The notes under the pieces: model-generated | Told to the model about the DNA's origin: nothing | The model's database searches: none | Seen by the model: the letters and a program-made list of their open reading frames with translations, nothing else | Shown here: piece after piece, positions 40,257 through 49,410 of the stretch | How the letters are laid out: the number at the start of each line of letters is the position of its first letter | How positions within the stretch are numbered: the stretch's first letter is position 1 | NCBI GenBank assembly: GCA_021785405.1 | Contig: JAJYFF010000005.1 | Span: 23,738-87,737 of the forward strand | DNA: 64,000 nt | Source of the DNA: Pseudomonadota bacterium | GTDB lineage: Bacteria > Pseudomonadota > Gammaproteobacteria > Steroidobacterales > Steroidobacteraceae | Direction: 5' to 3' | Made by a program: the position numbers and the translations under genes

Positions 40257-41351
40257 TCAGCGCGCGGGCGGCACCAAGACGATCTTGCCGACGTGGCGCT
40301 TCTCGAGGAATGCACGCTGGGCGTCGACGATCTGCGATAGCGGATAGCGGGCCGCGACGAGCGGGCGGATCTCGCCGCGCTCGATCGCGCCGACGAGGTT
40401 CGGGAACACCTCGGGCTCGAGCACCGTGCAGCCGAGCAGCCGCAGGTCCTTCAGGTACAGCGTCCGCAAGTCGAGTTCGACGACCGGGCCGGCGATCGCG
40501 CCCGCGGTCGCGTACCGTCCGCCACGCACGAGCACGTCGAGGAGCGAGGCGAAGGTGCGGCCGCCGACGACGTCGATGACGACGTCGACGGACTCCGGCC
40601 CGAGCGCATCGGCCGGGTTCGCGTCGCGCGCGAGGGTACGCGCGGCACCGAGGCGCGCGAGATCGGCGGCCTTCGCCGGATCGGCGATCGCGACCACGTT
40701 CGCACCCCGCCGTCGCGCGAGTTGCACGGCGGCGCTGCCCACGCCGCCCGACGCCCCGGTGACGAGCACGGTCTCTCCGGCACCGACCCCGGCCCGGGTC
40801 AGCATGTTCTCGGCTGCCGAGTACGCGCAGGGGAACGACGCGAGTTCGGCGTCGTCGAGCGAACTGTCGATTCGATGGGCATGCCGGGCGGGGACGCGGG
40901 CGAACTCGGCGAACGCGCCATCGCACTCGGAGCCGAAATAGATCGCGCTGCGCAGATCGTGCGCGGCCGCGGTGCGAAACACGGGCTCGACGAGCACACG
41001 CTCGCCGATCCGCGACCGCGCGACCCCGCGCCCCACCTCGACGATGCGTCCACACGCGTCCGCGCCCTGGATCCGCGGGAATGCGAGCGGCGTGCCGGTC
41101 CACCCCGAATCCGCCGCCCGCGCGGCGTCGAGGCCGCTCGCCGCCCCCGCCGCGGTCGTTCCCTCGGTGACCGCCCGCGAATACCAGGCCGTTCGCGTGT
41201 TGATGTCGGTGTTGTTCACGCCGGCGGCGCCGACCCGGATCAGCACCTCGTCGTCGCGCACCACGGGCACCGGCACGTCCTCGCGCCATTCGAGCCGGTC
41301 GTATCCGCCGTGGCCCGTGAGCAGAACCGCAAACATCGTGGTGGGTGTCAT
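40257..41351 (-). CDS. MDR-superfamily zinc-binding alcohol dehydrogenase / quinone oxidoreductase
   Basis: MTPTTMFAVLLTGHGGYDRLEWREDVPVP...VLVTGASGGVGSAAVQLAR... Confidence 0.8.
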   Translation of the reverse strand: MTPTTMFAVLLTGHGGYDRLEWREDVPVPVVRDDEVLIRVGAAGVNNTDINTRTAWYSRAVTEGTTAAGAASGLDAARAADSGWTGTPLAFPRIQGADACGRIVEVGRGVARSRIGERVLVEPVFRTAAAHDLRSAIYFGSECDGAFAEFARVPARHAHRIDSSLDDAELASFPCAYSAAENMLTRAGVGAGETVLVTGASGGVGSAAVQLARRRGANVVAIADPAKAADLARLGAARTLARDANPADALGPESVDVVIDVVGGRTFASLLDVLVRGGRYATAGAIAGPVVELDLRTLYLKDLRLLGCTVLEPEVFPNLVGAIERGEIRPLVAARYPLSQIVDAQRAFLEKRHVGKIVLVPPAR

Positions 41352-41398
41352 GGCGGCATCTTGCCAGCGCGACCGCGATCGTGCACGCGAGCCGCGCG

Positions 41399-41878
41399 TC
41401 ATCCGCCGCGCTCGCGGCGCCGTGCGGCGTTCGCGCGCGCGAAAACCGGCCTCAAGACCGTGTACAGCGCGAAGGCGGCGACCGGCGCGACCACGAGCCA
41501 CGCGAGGGCGGCCTGCAGGGTCGCGAGGCCGAGCGCGGCGGTCGCGTGACCGGCACCCGCCGCGAGCAACGCGTGCCCGCTGCGCACCGACAGCGGTACG
41601 CGCGGCGAACGGGTCAGCCATTCGCCGAGCCGCAGGAACGGCAGCAGCAGCAGCCATTGCGTCGGCGCCATTGCGGCTTGCGCGAGCTGGATCGCGGCGA
41701 GATTCAGGCGGAACCGCACCGCGATCGCGGCGCACAGCGCGGTCGAGACACCGAGCACCGGGATGTTGCCGATGACCAGTCCGAGCGCGACGCTGAGCGC
41801 GAGTTCCTCCGCGCTCACGCCTTGCCGGAGCAGTCGGCGCAACGGCTCGACGCACCGCTCGCGGATCAGCTGCCGCAT
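41399..41878 (-). CDS. DUF2062-family membrane protein
   Basis: ...GVSAEELALSVALGLVIGNIPVLGVSTALCAAIAVRFRLN... is characteristic of DUF2062. It overlaps the upstream gene's stop by 13 nt. Confidence 0.7.
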   Translation of the reverse strand: MRQLIRERCVEPLRRLLRQGVSAEELALSVALGLVIGNIPVLGVSTALCAAIAVRFRLNLAAIQLAQAAMAPTQWLLLLPFLRLGEWLTRSPRVPLSVRSGHALLAAGAGHATAALGLATLQAALAWLVVAPVAAFALYTVLRPVFARANAARRRERGG

Positions 41879-43104
41879 CGTCGTGGCTCAGCGGACGGCC
41901 CGGCCTCGGTCTCGCCGCCGTCCGCGTAGGCCTGGTGGCGCCGAGCCGCCGTGAAAGCCACCAGCAGCGCGATGACGAGCAGCGGGTTGGTGATCTCCGC
42001 GCGGTGGGGAGGAGTCCACAGTCGCGCCAGTTCGACTGCGACGCTCGTGCCGAACGCCACCCAAAACGCCGCCGAGGGTCGGCGCAGCGCAATCGTCAGC
42101 GACCACAGCAGCGCACCCTCGAAGAACAGCGAGTCGAGCAACGGCCGGTAGTCCCGCGATGCGAGCAAGGTGCCGGAGAATGGCACCCAGTGGAATACGC
42201 CGAGTTGCGCGGTACGCACCGTCGGCCACGCGTTCGTCGCGACGATCACGGCGACGCACGCCGCGACCGTGATCCAGGCGCGCACGCGGCGCGGCCAGCG
42301 GAGCGTCAACAGCGTGAGCGCCGGCACGACGCTCCACGCCAGCCACTCCTCCACGCTGCGGCGGTCGTCGCCGAGCCAGGCTTGATCGAGCGCCGTCAGA
42401 CCGATCACTGCGGCGAGTACCGGCAGCACCCACGGGCGGCGCCAGATCTGCCGTACGCATTCGGCGATGATCCACCAGGTCCCGACCGCGACGCACGCGC
42501 GCACCGCATGCACCGCATGCGGTGCGTGCAGCGACGCGATCAAGCGCCGGAGCGGCAGCGCACGATGCGCGGGGACGTAGGGGGCGAAGGCGCCGATCAG
42601 CCAAATCACGAACAAGCTCGTCGGCACGAGCGCCGGCCGTTGGTGCCGGAGCCCGCGCACGGACCAGGGTGCGCCGATGCGCAGGTACAGCGCGACCGCG
42701 AGCGCGCCGAAGGCGGCGCCGGCGGTGTTCCAGATCCAGTCGTACAGGTTCGTCACGCGATGCGGCGTCGCCGATTGCGCGAGTTCGAGCAGCATCGACA
42801 ACGCCGAGCCGAGCACCGCCGCGAGCGCGGTGCGGCGCGCGCGGCCCGCGCCCCCGAGGCTCAAGCGACACAGGGCGCCGAACGGCAAATAGAGCAGGAA
42901 ATTCGCGATCAGGTCGGCCCGATAATGGATGTGGGCCGTCACGAGCGCGAGCCGGCGATGCCACTCGATCGGCGTCGGGATCCGGAATTCGAGCGGGTAC
43001 AGCGAACCCCACGCGATCAGCAACGCGATGCCGAGCGCGAGCCAGCGCGCGGTCACCCGCGGATCCGAGGAGGAGGTGGGACGTTGCACGGTGGGATCGC
43101 TCAT
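41866..43104 (-). CDS. polytopic VanZ-like membrane protein (tandem VanZ-like halves)
   Basis: ...ADLIANFLLYLPFGAL...LLELAQSATPHRVTNLYDWIWNTAGA... and a second half ...FHWVPFSG...AVELARLWTPPHRAEITN... Its ATG overlaps the hrpB stop (ATGA at 43101-43104). Confidence 0.65.
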   Translation of the reverse strand: MSDPTVQRPTSSSDPRVTARWLALGIALLIAWGSLYPLEFRIPTPIEWHRRLALVTAHIHYRADLIANFLLYLPFGALCRLSLGGAGRARRTALAAVLGSALSMLLELAQSATPHRVTNLYDWIWNTAGAAFGALAVALYLRIGAPWSVRGLRHQRPALVPTSLFVIWLIGAFAPYVPAHRALPLRRLIASLHAPHAVHAVRACVAVGTWWIIAECVRQIWRRPWVLPVLAAVIGLTALDQAWLGDDRRSVEEWLAWSVVPALTLLTLRWPRRVRAWITVAACVAVIVATNAWPTVRTAQLGVFHWVPFSGTLLASRDYRPLLDSLFFEGALLWSLTIALRRPSAAFWVAFGTSVAVELARLWTPPHRAEITNPLLVIALLVAFTAARRHQAYADGGETEAGPSAEPRRCGS

Positions 43105-45638
43105 CGCGGCCGGACCCGCCGCGTCGGCGCGGCCTGATACGGATCGTCCGGCCAATGGTGTTTCGGATACCGCCCTTTCAAGTCCTTCTTGACCTCATGG
43201 TAGGTGTGCTTCCAGAAGTTCTCCAGGTCACGGGTCACCTGGACCGGGCGTCCCGCCGGGGAGAGCAGCTTGAGCAGCAAGGCCATGCGGCCCGCCGCGA
43301 TCGTCGGCGTCACCGTGAGACCGAACAGCTCCTGCAGCCGTACCGAGGCCGTCGGGATCTCGCCGTCCAGGTAGTCGATCGCGATGCTCGATCCGCTCGG
43401 CACGCGCAGGTGCGTCGGCGCCTCGCGGGCGAGCACCGTCCGCTGTCCGTGCGTCAGGCGACCCTCGAGCGCGTGCGTCCAGTCGACCCGCGCCAGGTGC
43501 TCGCGCCGCGTGCATCCCTCGATCCACGGCGTCACCCAGGACTCCAGACCGGCCTCGAGCGCCGCGTCGTCGAGATCGGGCCAGGGTGCCGGCGCGGGAA
43601 CGTCGAGGCGGCGCAGCAGCGCGACGCGAGCTTGCCATTGCCGCAGCTCCCGGGTCCACGGCAGTGCGCCGATGCCGAGCGCCCGGATGCCCGCGATCAT
43701 CGCCGTGCCGACCGCTTGCGGATCGCTCGCGGCGATGTCCGCGCTCGCGAGCAGGATCGCGCCGAGGCGCCGATCGCGGCGGGCGCGCACCGCCTGCTCA
43801 CGCCGGTCCCAGACGACCTCGGATCGCTCCTCGATCTGGGCGGCGAACAGCCGCTCGAGCTCCTCGGGCTCGATCGGCGCGGCCAGTTGAATCCGGGCGT
43901 CGCGCTCGCCGCCATCGAGCTGCGCCGCGACGAGATAGGTCGACTTCGCGAGCGTCTGCGGCTCGGCGAAGGTCGCGCCGCGGCCGTTCGCGAGCAGATA
44001 GCGTCCGTCCCCGCCGCGGCTGCGGGCGATCCGATCGGGATACGCGAGCGCGAGCAGGGTGCCGGCGGCGCGATCGCGATCGACCGCGTCGGGACCGCCA
44101 CCGAGTTGCCGTCGCCAGCGTGCCGCGGCGCGCGCTGCGGCCGCGATCGCCCGCGGGTCGATGCCACCCCCGGACCTGGCGGTCGCGGCGCCACCGCCGA
44201 GTGCGGCGAGCGCGCTGCGGACGTCCGCGTCGCGTGCGCCTGCCGGGGCCCGCACGACGGCCCGTTCGCTCAGCACCGCCGCGAGATCGCAGGCGAGGCC
44301 GACGGCCCGCATCGCCACGGATCGCTGCAGCATGTGCGCGAGCCGGGGATGCGCGCCCAGCGCCGCGATCGCGCGGCCGTGCGGGGTGATGCGACCGGCG
44401 GCATCGATCGCATCCAAGCGGCGCAACAGATCACGCGCCTGCGCGAGGTGCGCCGCCGGCGGCGGATCGAGCCAGCGCAGCGACTGTGCGTCGGTCGCGC
44501 CCCACGCGGCGAGTTCGAGCGCGAGCGGCGCCAGATCCTCGTTCAGGATCTGGGGCTCCGCGTGCGGCGCGAGCGCCGCGTGGGCGCTCGCCGACCAGAG
44601 CCGGAAACACACCCCGGGGCCGGTGCGGCCGGCACGGCCGCGACGCTGGTCGGCTTCGGCTTGCGAGAGTTTCATCGTCACCAGCCGGCTCATCCCGCTC
44701 GTCGGATCGAATTGCGAGCGGCGCGCGAGACCGCTGTCGACGACGATCCGCACCCCGTCGATCGTGAGGCTGGTCTCGGCGATCGAGGTCGCGAGCACGA
44801 TCTTGCGGGTGTCCGGACTGGACGGTGCGAGCGCCGCTTCCTGCGCCGCCGGATCGAGGTCCGCGTACAGCGGCAGCACGCGCGTGCCCCGCGGCAGTGA
44901 CCGTTCGCCGAGCAGCCGCGCGACGCGTCGGATCTCCGGCGCGCCGGGCAGGAAACACAGCGCGTCGCCGGCTTCGCTCGCGAGCGCCGCGACGAGGGTC
45001 TGCGCCACTTGCTCCTCGATCGGCAGGTCCGAGCGGCGCGGCACGTACTGCGTGCGCACGTCGAACGGCCGGCCGCTCGCGGTCACGATCGGCGGCGAGT
45101 CGAGCAGGCGCGCAAGCGGCTGCGTATCGAGCGTCGCGGACATCACGATCAGGCGCAGATCGGGTCGCAGGTTCTCCTGCACGTCGATCGCGAGCGCGAG
45201 ACCCAGGTCCCCATGGATGCTGCGTTCGTGAAATTCGTCGAATACGACGCAGCCGGTGTCGGCGAGCGCGGCGTCGGCCTGGATCATCCGGGTGAGGATG
45301 CCTTCGGTGACGACTTCGAGGCGGGTCGTGCGCGAGACGCGCGACTCGAGGCGGGTTCGGTAGCCGATCCGATCGCCGACCCGTTCGCCCGCGAGCTGCG
45401 CGATTCGCGTCGCGATCGCACGCGCCGCCAGCCGGCGCGGTTCGAGCATCACGATCTTGCGGTCGGCGAGCCAGTCCGCGGCGAGCAGCGCGAGCGGCAC
45501 GAGCGTGCTCTTGCCGGCCCCGGGCGGCGCCTCGATGATCAAGCGAGGGCTCGTCTCGAGCGCGCTCGCGATCGCCGGCAACACCGAGCCGATGGGCAAG
45601 CCGGGCAGTGCGTCGCGGATCGTGTCGTGCAAGCTCAA
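43101..45638 (-). CDS. hrpB: ATP-dependent DEAH-box RNA helicase HrpB
   Basis: ...IIEAPPGAGKST... (Walker A), ...VVFDEFHERS... (DEFH box), and a C-terminal HrpB-specific region. 845 aa. Confidence 0.9.
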   Translation of the reverse strand: MSLHDTIRDALPGLPIGSVLPAIASALETSPRLIIEAPPGAGKSTLVPLALLAADWLADRKIVMLEPRRLAARAIATRIAQLAGERVGDRIGYRTRLESRVSRTTRLEVVTEGILTRMIQADAALADTGCVVFDEFHERSIHGDLGLALAIDVQENLRPDLRLIVMSATLDTQPLARLLDSPPIVTASGRPFDVRTQYVPRRSDLPIEEQVAQTLVAALASEAGDALCFLPGAPEIRRVARLLGERSLPRGTRVLPLYADLDPAAQEAALAPSSPDTRKIVLATSIAETSLTIDGVRIVVDSGLARRSQFDPTSGMSRLVTMKLSQAEADQRRGRAGRTGPGVCFRLWSASAHAALAPHAEPQILNEDLAPLALELAAWGATDAQSLRWLDPPPAAHLAQARDLLRRLDAIDAAGRITPHGRAIAALGAHPRLAHMLQRSVAMRAVGLACDLAAVLSERAVVRAPAGARDADVRSALAALGGGAATARSGGGIDPRAIAAAARAAARWRRQLGGGPDAVDRDRAAGTLLALAYPDRIARSRGGDGRYLLANGRGATFAEPQTLAKSTYLVAAQLDGGERDARIQLAAPIEPEELERLFAAQIEERSEVVWDRREQAVRARRDRRLGAILLASADIAASDPQAVGTAMIAGIRALGIGALPWTRELRQWQARVALLRRLDVPAPAPWPDLDDAALEAGLESWVTPWIEGCTRREHLARVDWTHALEGRLTHGQRTVLAREAPTHLRVPSGSSIAIDYLDGEIPTASVRLQELFGLTVTPTIAAGRMALLLKLLSPAGRPVQVTRDLENFWKHTYHEVKKDLKGRYPKHHWPDDPYQAAPTRRVRPR

Positions 45639-45724
45639 GGGCGTGGTTTTCGCAACTTCGGGCGTTCGTGTCGCGCTCGATACTCTACCGTGAACGTGCG
45701 TCGAGGTGCGCGCGCGGACGATCC

Positions 45725-45733
45725 TGTTAGAAT
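45725..45733 (+). promoter_or_regulatory. candidate extended -10 promoter (TGTTAGAAT) for the tRNA gene
   Basis: A TGn-TAGAAT motif ends 10 nt before tRNA position +1. No convincing -35 element. Confidence 0.3.
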
Positions 45734-45743
45734 GCGCACGGTT

Positions 45744-46046
45744 GGGCCTGTAGCTCAGTCGGTTAGAGCAGGGGACTCATCGACAATGGTGCCTTCGCAT
45801 CGCGAGGTGCGAAGTGGACGGGATGAATTCAGGGAACCCTTAGCGGTACGGCCGATGGCAACCCTGAGCCAAGCCGGCGGTACACCGCCGGAAGGTGCAG
45901 AGACTACCTGAGCGCTGCAGTCGCGCTTAATGACAGGCTAGAGCGTCCCGCACCCCACGCGGGTGAAGAGATAGTCCACTCCCGCCGGAAACGGTGGGGC
46001 GAAGTGAATCCCTTGGTCGTCGGTTCGAGTCCGACCGGGCCCACCA
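45744..46046 (+). tRNA. tRNA with CAU anticodon, tRNA-Ile2 (lysidine) type, interrupted by a group I intron; exons 45744-45780 and 46007-46046 (encoded CCA)
   Basis: The joined exons are GGGCCTGTAGCTCAGTCGGTTAGAGCAGGGGACTCAT|AATCCCTTGGTCGTCGGTTCGAGTCCGACCGGGCCCACCA. They fold as a perfect cloverleaf: 7-bp acceptor stem, GCTC/GAGC D stem, GGGGA/TCCCT anticodon stem, GTCGG/CCGAC T stem. The sequence closely resembles E. coli ileX as I recall it, and the C4-G69 and C5-G68 pairs are present. Confidence 0.85.
45781..46006 (+). ncRNA. group I self-splicing intron (IC3, Azoarcus tRNA-Ile type), 226 nt, inserted between tRNA positions 36 and 37
   Basis: The 5' splice site follows U of CAU, which pairs with the internal guide GUG (45789-45791). 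Helices found: P2 CCUUCGCA/UGCGAAG; P3 GGACG (45816-20)/CGUCC (45944-48); P4 UCAGGG (45829-34)/CCCUGA (45862-67); P6a CCGGCGG/CCGCCGG (45874-91); P7 R/S elements AGAGACUA (GACUA 45902-06) / AUAGUCC (UAGUC 45972-76); P8 CCCGC/GCGGG; P9 CCCGCCG-GAAA-CGGUGGG (45981-98). The terminal omega-G is at 46006. Core strings GAUGGCAAC, GAGCCAAGC, GAAGGUG.AGAGACUA and UGAAG..AUAGUCC match the Azoarcus ribozyme as I remember it. Confidence 0.85.
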
Positions 46047-46143
46047 ACACAACCGGGCCGCGTCTCACCCGCGAGGGTGCGCCGCGCCCCCGTACCGAGC
46101 GGGAGATCGCAATGTACCGTCGTCGTGCGCGGATGATCCGGGA

Positions 46144-47916
46144 ATGCTGAGGCGCTGGCGGGTGGGACGACCGGCCGGCCTCGTCGCGTGCGCCGCGGCG
46201 CTCGCGCTCGCGGGCCGCGCGGCCTGCGCCGCGGTCCCCGAGCAGGCGCTCGACACCAGCGGCGCGCCGGCGTCGCTCGCGGCGCTCGCGGGCTTGCGGC
46301 CCGTGCTCGCGCGGCATGCGATGGTCGTGACCGCCCAGCACCTGGCGACCGACGTCGGGCTGAAGATCCTGCGGGAAGGCGGCAACGCGGTCGACGCGGC
46401 GGTCGCGGTCGGCTATGCGCTCGCGGTCGTGCATCCATGCTGCGGCAACCTCGGCGGCGGCGGCTTCATGATGCTGCATCTGGCGAGCGGCAAGACCGTG
46501 TTCCTCGATTTTCGCGAGAAGGCGCCGCTCGCCGCGACCGCGAACATGTACCTCGACGCGGCCGGCAACGTCGTTCCGGGCCGCAGCACCCGCACGTATC
46601 TCGCGGTCGGCGTGCCGGGCACCGTGATGGGCCTCGATACGGCCCTCGCGAAATACGGGACGATGTCGCTCGCGCGGGTCATCGCGCCCGCGATTCGCCT
46701 CGCGCGCGACGGCTTCGTCTTGCTCCCGGGCGACGCGAAGATTCTCGACCGACGCGCGGCGGAGTTCGCGCGACGGCCGAACGTCGCGGCGATCTTCCTG
46801 CACCACGGGAAGCCCTACGCCGCGGGCGAGCGATTGGTGCAGCCGCAACTCGCGCGCACGCTGCAGTCGATCGCGAGTCGCGGGACCGCCGCGTTCTACC
46901 GCGGGCCGATCGCCCGCGCGATCGTCGCCGCGAGCCGCCGGCATCACGGGATCCTGTCGATGCGCGATTTCAGGGACTACACGGTCGCCTGGGACCGTCC
47001 GGTGAGCTGCGCCTACCACGGCTACACCTTCGTCTCCGACCCGCCACCGAGTTCCGGCGGCGCGACGATCTGCGAGATCCTCGGGATCCTGGCGCCGTAT
47101 CCGCTCGCGCGCTGGGGGTACGGGTCCGTCGACAGCATTCATTATCTCGTCGAGGCCGAACGGCGGGCGTTCGCCGACCGCAACAGCGACCTCGGCGATC
47201 CCGCGTTCGTGCACAACGACCTGGGGCGGCTCCTGTCGCCGGCCCACCTCGCGGCGCTGCGCGCGACGATCCAGCCGCAGGCCGCGACGCCCTCGTCGGC
47301 GATTCGGGGCCACCTCGGCGCGACCGAGGGCAACGACACGACCAATTACTCGATCGTCGACGCGCAGGGCAACGCGGTCGCGGTCACGTACACGATCAAT
47401 TATCTGTTCGGCAACGGCCGGATCGCCGACGATACCGGCTTCTTCCTGAACAACGAGATGGACGATTTCACCTCGAAGCCCGGGGTCGCGAACAGCTTCG
47501 GCCTCGTGCAGGGCGTGAGCAATGCGATCCAGCCGGGAAAGCGGCCGCTGAGTTCGATGGCGCCCTCGATCGTACTCCGCGGCCAGCGGCTCTTCATGGT
47601 CACCGGCAGCCCCGGCGGTTCGACGATCATCTCGACGGTGCTCGAGAGCTTCCTGAACGTCGTCGATTTCAAGATGAACGTCCAGCAATCCGTGGACGCG
47701 CCGCGCGTTCACCAGCAATGGTATCCGGACGTCGTGTTCGTCGAGCCCGGGCTGCTCGCGGCGCCGGTGCGGGCGCGACTCGAACGCATGGGCTATCGCT
47801 TCAAGGTGATCCCGTCGTGGGGCGCGGACGAGGCGATCCTCGTCGATCCCCGGACGGGCACGCTCGAGGGGGCGAACGACCGGCGCCGGCCGGCCGGACT
47901 CGCGGCCGGCTACTGA
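46144..47916 (+). CDS. ggt: gamma-glutamyltransferase
   Basis: Signal peptide MLRRWRVGRPAGLVACAAALALAG. Also ...GGNAVDAAVA..., the autoprocessing site ...EGNDTTNYSIVD..., and ...TGSPGGSTII... The track start 45994 would overlap the tRNA 3' exon, so ATG 46144 is used. Confidence 0.9.
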   Translation: MLRRWRVGRPAGLVACAAALALAGRAACAAVPEQALDTSGAPASLAALAGLRPVLARHAMVVTAQHLATDVGLKILREGGNAVDAAVAVGYALAVVHPCCGNLGGGGFMMLHLASGKTVFLDFREKAPLAATANMYLDAAGNVVPGRSTRTYLAVGVPGTVMGLDTALAKYGTMSLARVIAPAIRLARDGFVLLPGDAKILDRRAAEFARRPNVAAIFLHHGKPYAAGERLVQPQLARTLQSIASRGTAAFYRGPIARAIVAASRRHHGILSMRDFRDYTVAWDRPVSCAYHGYTFVSDPPPSSGGATICEILGILAPYPLARWGYGSVDSIHYLVEAERRAFADRNSDLGDPAFVHNDLGRLLSPAHLAALRATIQPQAATPSSAIRGHLGATEGNDTTNYSIVDAQGNAVAVTYTINYLFGNGRIADDTGFFLNNEMDDFTSKPGVANSFGLVQGVSNAIQPGKRPLSSMAPSIVLRGQRLFMVTGSPGGSTIISTVLESFLNVVDFKMNVQQSVDAPRVHQQWYPDVVFVEPGLLAAPVRARLERMGYRFKVIPSWGADEAILVDPRTGTLEGANDRRRPAGLAAGY

Positions 47917-47934
47917 TCGGCCGGGGACGCGCCG

Positions 47935-49377
47935 ATGGAATCGCGAACGTCTGCCGATCGCCTCGGGCATCCGACCGGACTGTGGATGCTGCTCGGCGTC
48001 ACGGTCGGCGTCAACTACGCGTTCTACGGCTTTCGCGCGTTCGTCGCGCCGTACCTCGCGGGCGCGTTCTTCGCGCACGAGGCACCCGGCCTCGCGATGC
48101 GGGATGCGAACCTGCTGACCGCGGGGGTCGGCTCGCTGCTCTACGCGACCCACGTCGTCGGCGGCTGGATCGCCGACAACGTGCTCGGCGAGGTGCGGTC
48201 GCTGCGAACCGCGCTGTGGCTCGAGACGCTCGCGCTCGCGACGATGTCCTGGCCGAGCCGCGGCGGGTTCCTGCTCGGTCTCGCGCTGTACGTGCTCGGC
48301 GCCGGTCTCAGCATTCCGCTCACGGTGTTGATCGGCCGCAACTACGGGCCGGACGATCCGCGCCGGGACGCCGGCTACACGCTGTTCTACCTGGCGATCA
48401 ACCTCGGCGCGTTCATCGCGCCGTTCGTCTGCGCCGACTGGATCGGCGGCCACTTCGGCTATCGGTACGGATTCCTCGCCGCGAGCGCGGGCGTCGCCTG
48501 CGCGGCGGCGCTGTTCGAGTGGCGCGGCCGTCCGCTCGCGGCGCGCCAGCCGCGGCCGCGATTCGGCGGGCGATTCTCCTTGCCGCTCGTGCTCGGCGGC
48601 CTGCTCGTCGCGCTCTATCCGACGAAGCTCATGCTCGAGCATCCGCACTGGCTCAACGGCGTGGTCGACGGTCTGCTCGGCCTGCTGGTCGCGTATTTCG
48701 TCGTGAGCGCGATCCGCCGCGGTGATCGGGTGCAGACCGAGCGCTACGTCGCGATGCTGTTGTTGTTCGGGGCTTACATCGCGTTCTGGGCCTTGAGCTT
48801 CCAGGGCGCGACGTCGCTCAATTTCTTCGCGCGGGACTTCGTCGCGGCGCCGTTCGACTTCACGGTGTTTCAGTCGCTGAATCCGCTGTACATCATGCTC
48901 CTCGCGCCACCGCTCGCGCTGCTGTGGCCCTGGCTCGGGCGCCGCGGCTGGGACCCGTCCACGCCGCGCAAATTCGGGATCGGCCTGGTGTTCGTCGCGC
49001 TGTCCTACGTGATCGTGTACCGGGCGGCCGCGGGCGTCGCGCTCGCGGGGGGGCGGGTCTCCTGGATCGCGCTCGCGCTGTGCTATCTCCTGCAGACGAT
49101 CGGCGAACTCGCGCTCTCGCCGATCAGCTACGCGATGGTCACGCGACTCGCGGCACCCGAGGAATCCTCGCTCGCGATGGGGGCATGGTTCTTCGGGGTC
49201 GCGATGGCGTATCAGCTCTCCGGACGCATCGCGGCGATGACCACGAGCGGTGCGGCGACGGGAATCGGCGGCTATGCGCAGGTCTACCGGGACCTGTGGC
49301 TGTTCGGTCTCGCGATCGCCGCCGTCTATCTGATCGCCGCGCCGCGGATCACGCGGCTGATGCACGGCGCGCGGTGA
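47935..49377 (+). CDS. POT/PTR2-family proton-dependent di/tripeptide transporter
   Basis: ...GGWIADNVLG... and ...FYLAINLGAFIAP... are the PTR2 signatures. The gene lies 18 nt downstream of ggt. Confidence 0.85.
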   Translation: MESRTSADRLGHPTGLWMLLGVTVGVNYAFYGFRAFVAPYLAGAFFAHEAPGLAMRDANLLTAGVGSLLYATHVVGGWIADNVLGEVRSLRTALWLETLALATMSWPSRGGFLLGLALYVLGAGLSIPLTVLIGRNYGPDDPRRDAGYTLFYLAINLGAFIAPFVCADWIGGHFGYRYGFLAASAGVACAAALFEWRGRPLAARQPRPRFGGRFSLPLVLGGLLVALYPTKLMLEHPHWLNGVVDGLLGLLVAYFVVSAIRRGDRVQTERYVAMLLLFGAYIAFWALSFQGATSLNFFARDFVAAPFDFTVFQSLNPLYIMLLAPPLALLWPWLGRRGWDPSTPRKFGIGLVFVALSYVIVYRAAAGVALAGGRVSWIALALCYLLQTIGELALSPISYAMVTRLAAPEESSLAMGAWFFGVAMAYQLSGRIAAMTTSGAATGIGGYAQVYRDLWLFGLAIAAVYLIAAPRITRLMHGAR

Positions 49378-49410
49378 CCGAGCCGCGGTCTCGCGGTCGC
49401 GGGTCCGGAA

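Noticed and set aside
38881-41289. N-terminal ~800 aa of track ORF 37771..41289
   Set aside because: Only the last 369 codons (from MHIRHLIPLF) look like a protein (XdhC family). The remainder is antisense to the DmpA-like and MDR dehydrogenase genes.
42522-44900. 792-aa plus-strand ORF
   Set aside because: It is antisense to hrpB and the VanZ-like gene. Arg-rich, no motifs.
45994-46143. Upstream extension of the ggt ORF to the track start at 45994
   Set aside because: It would overlap the intron's 3' end and the tRNA 3' exon. The signal peptide begins at the ATG at 46144.
45904-49365. 1153-aa ORF on the minus strand
   Set aside because: It is antisense to ggt and the POT transporter and runs into the tRNA intron. 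The sequence is extremely Arg/Glu/Asp/Pro-rich. GC artefact.
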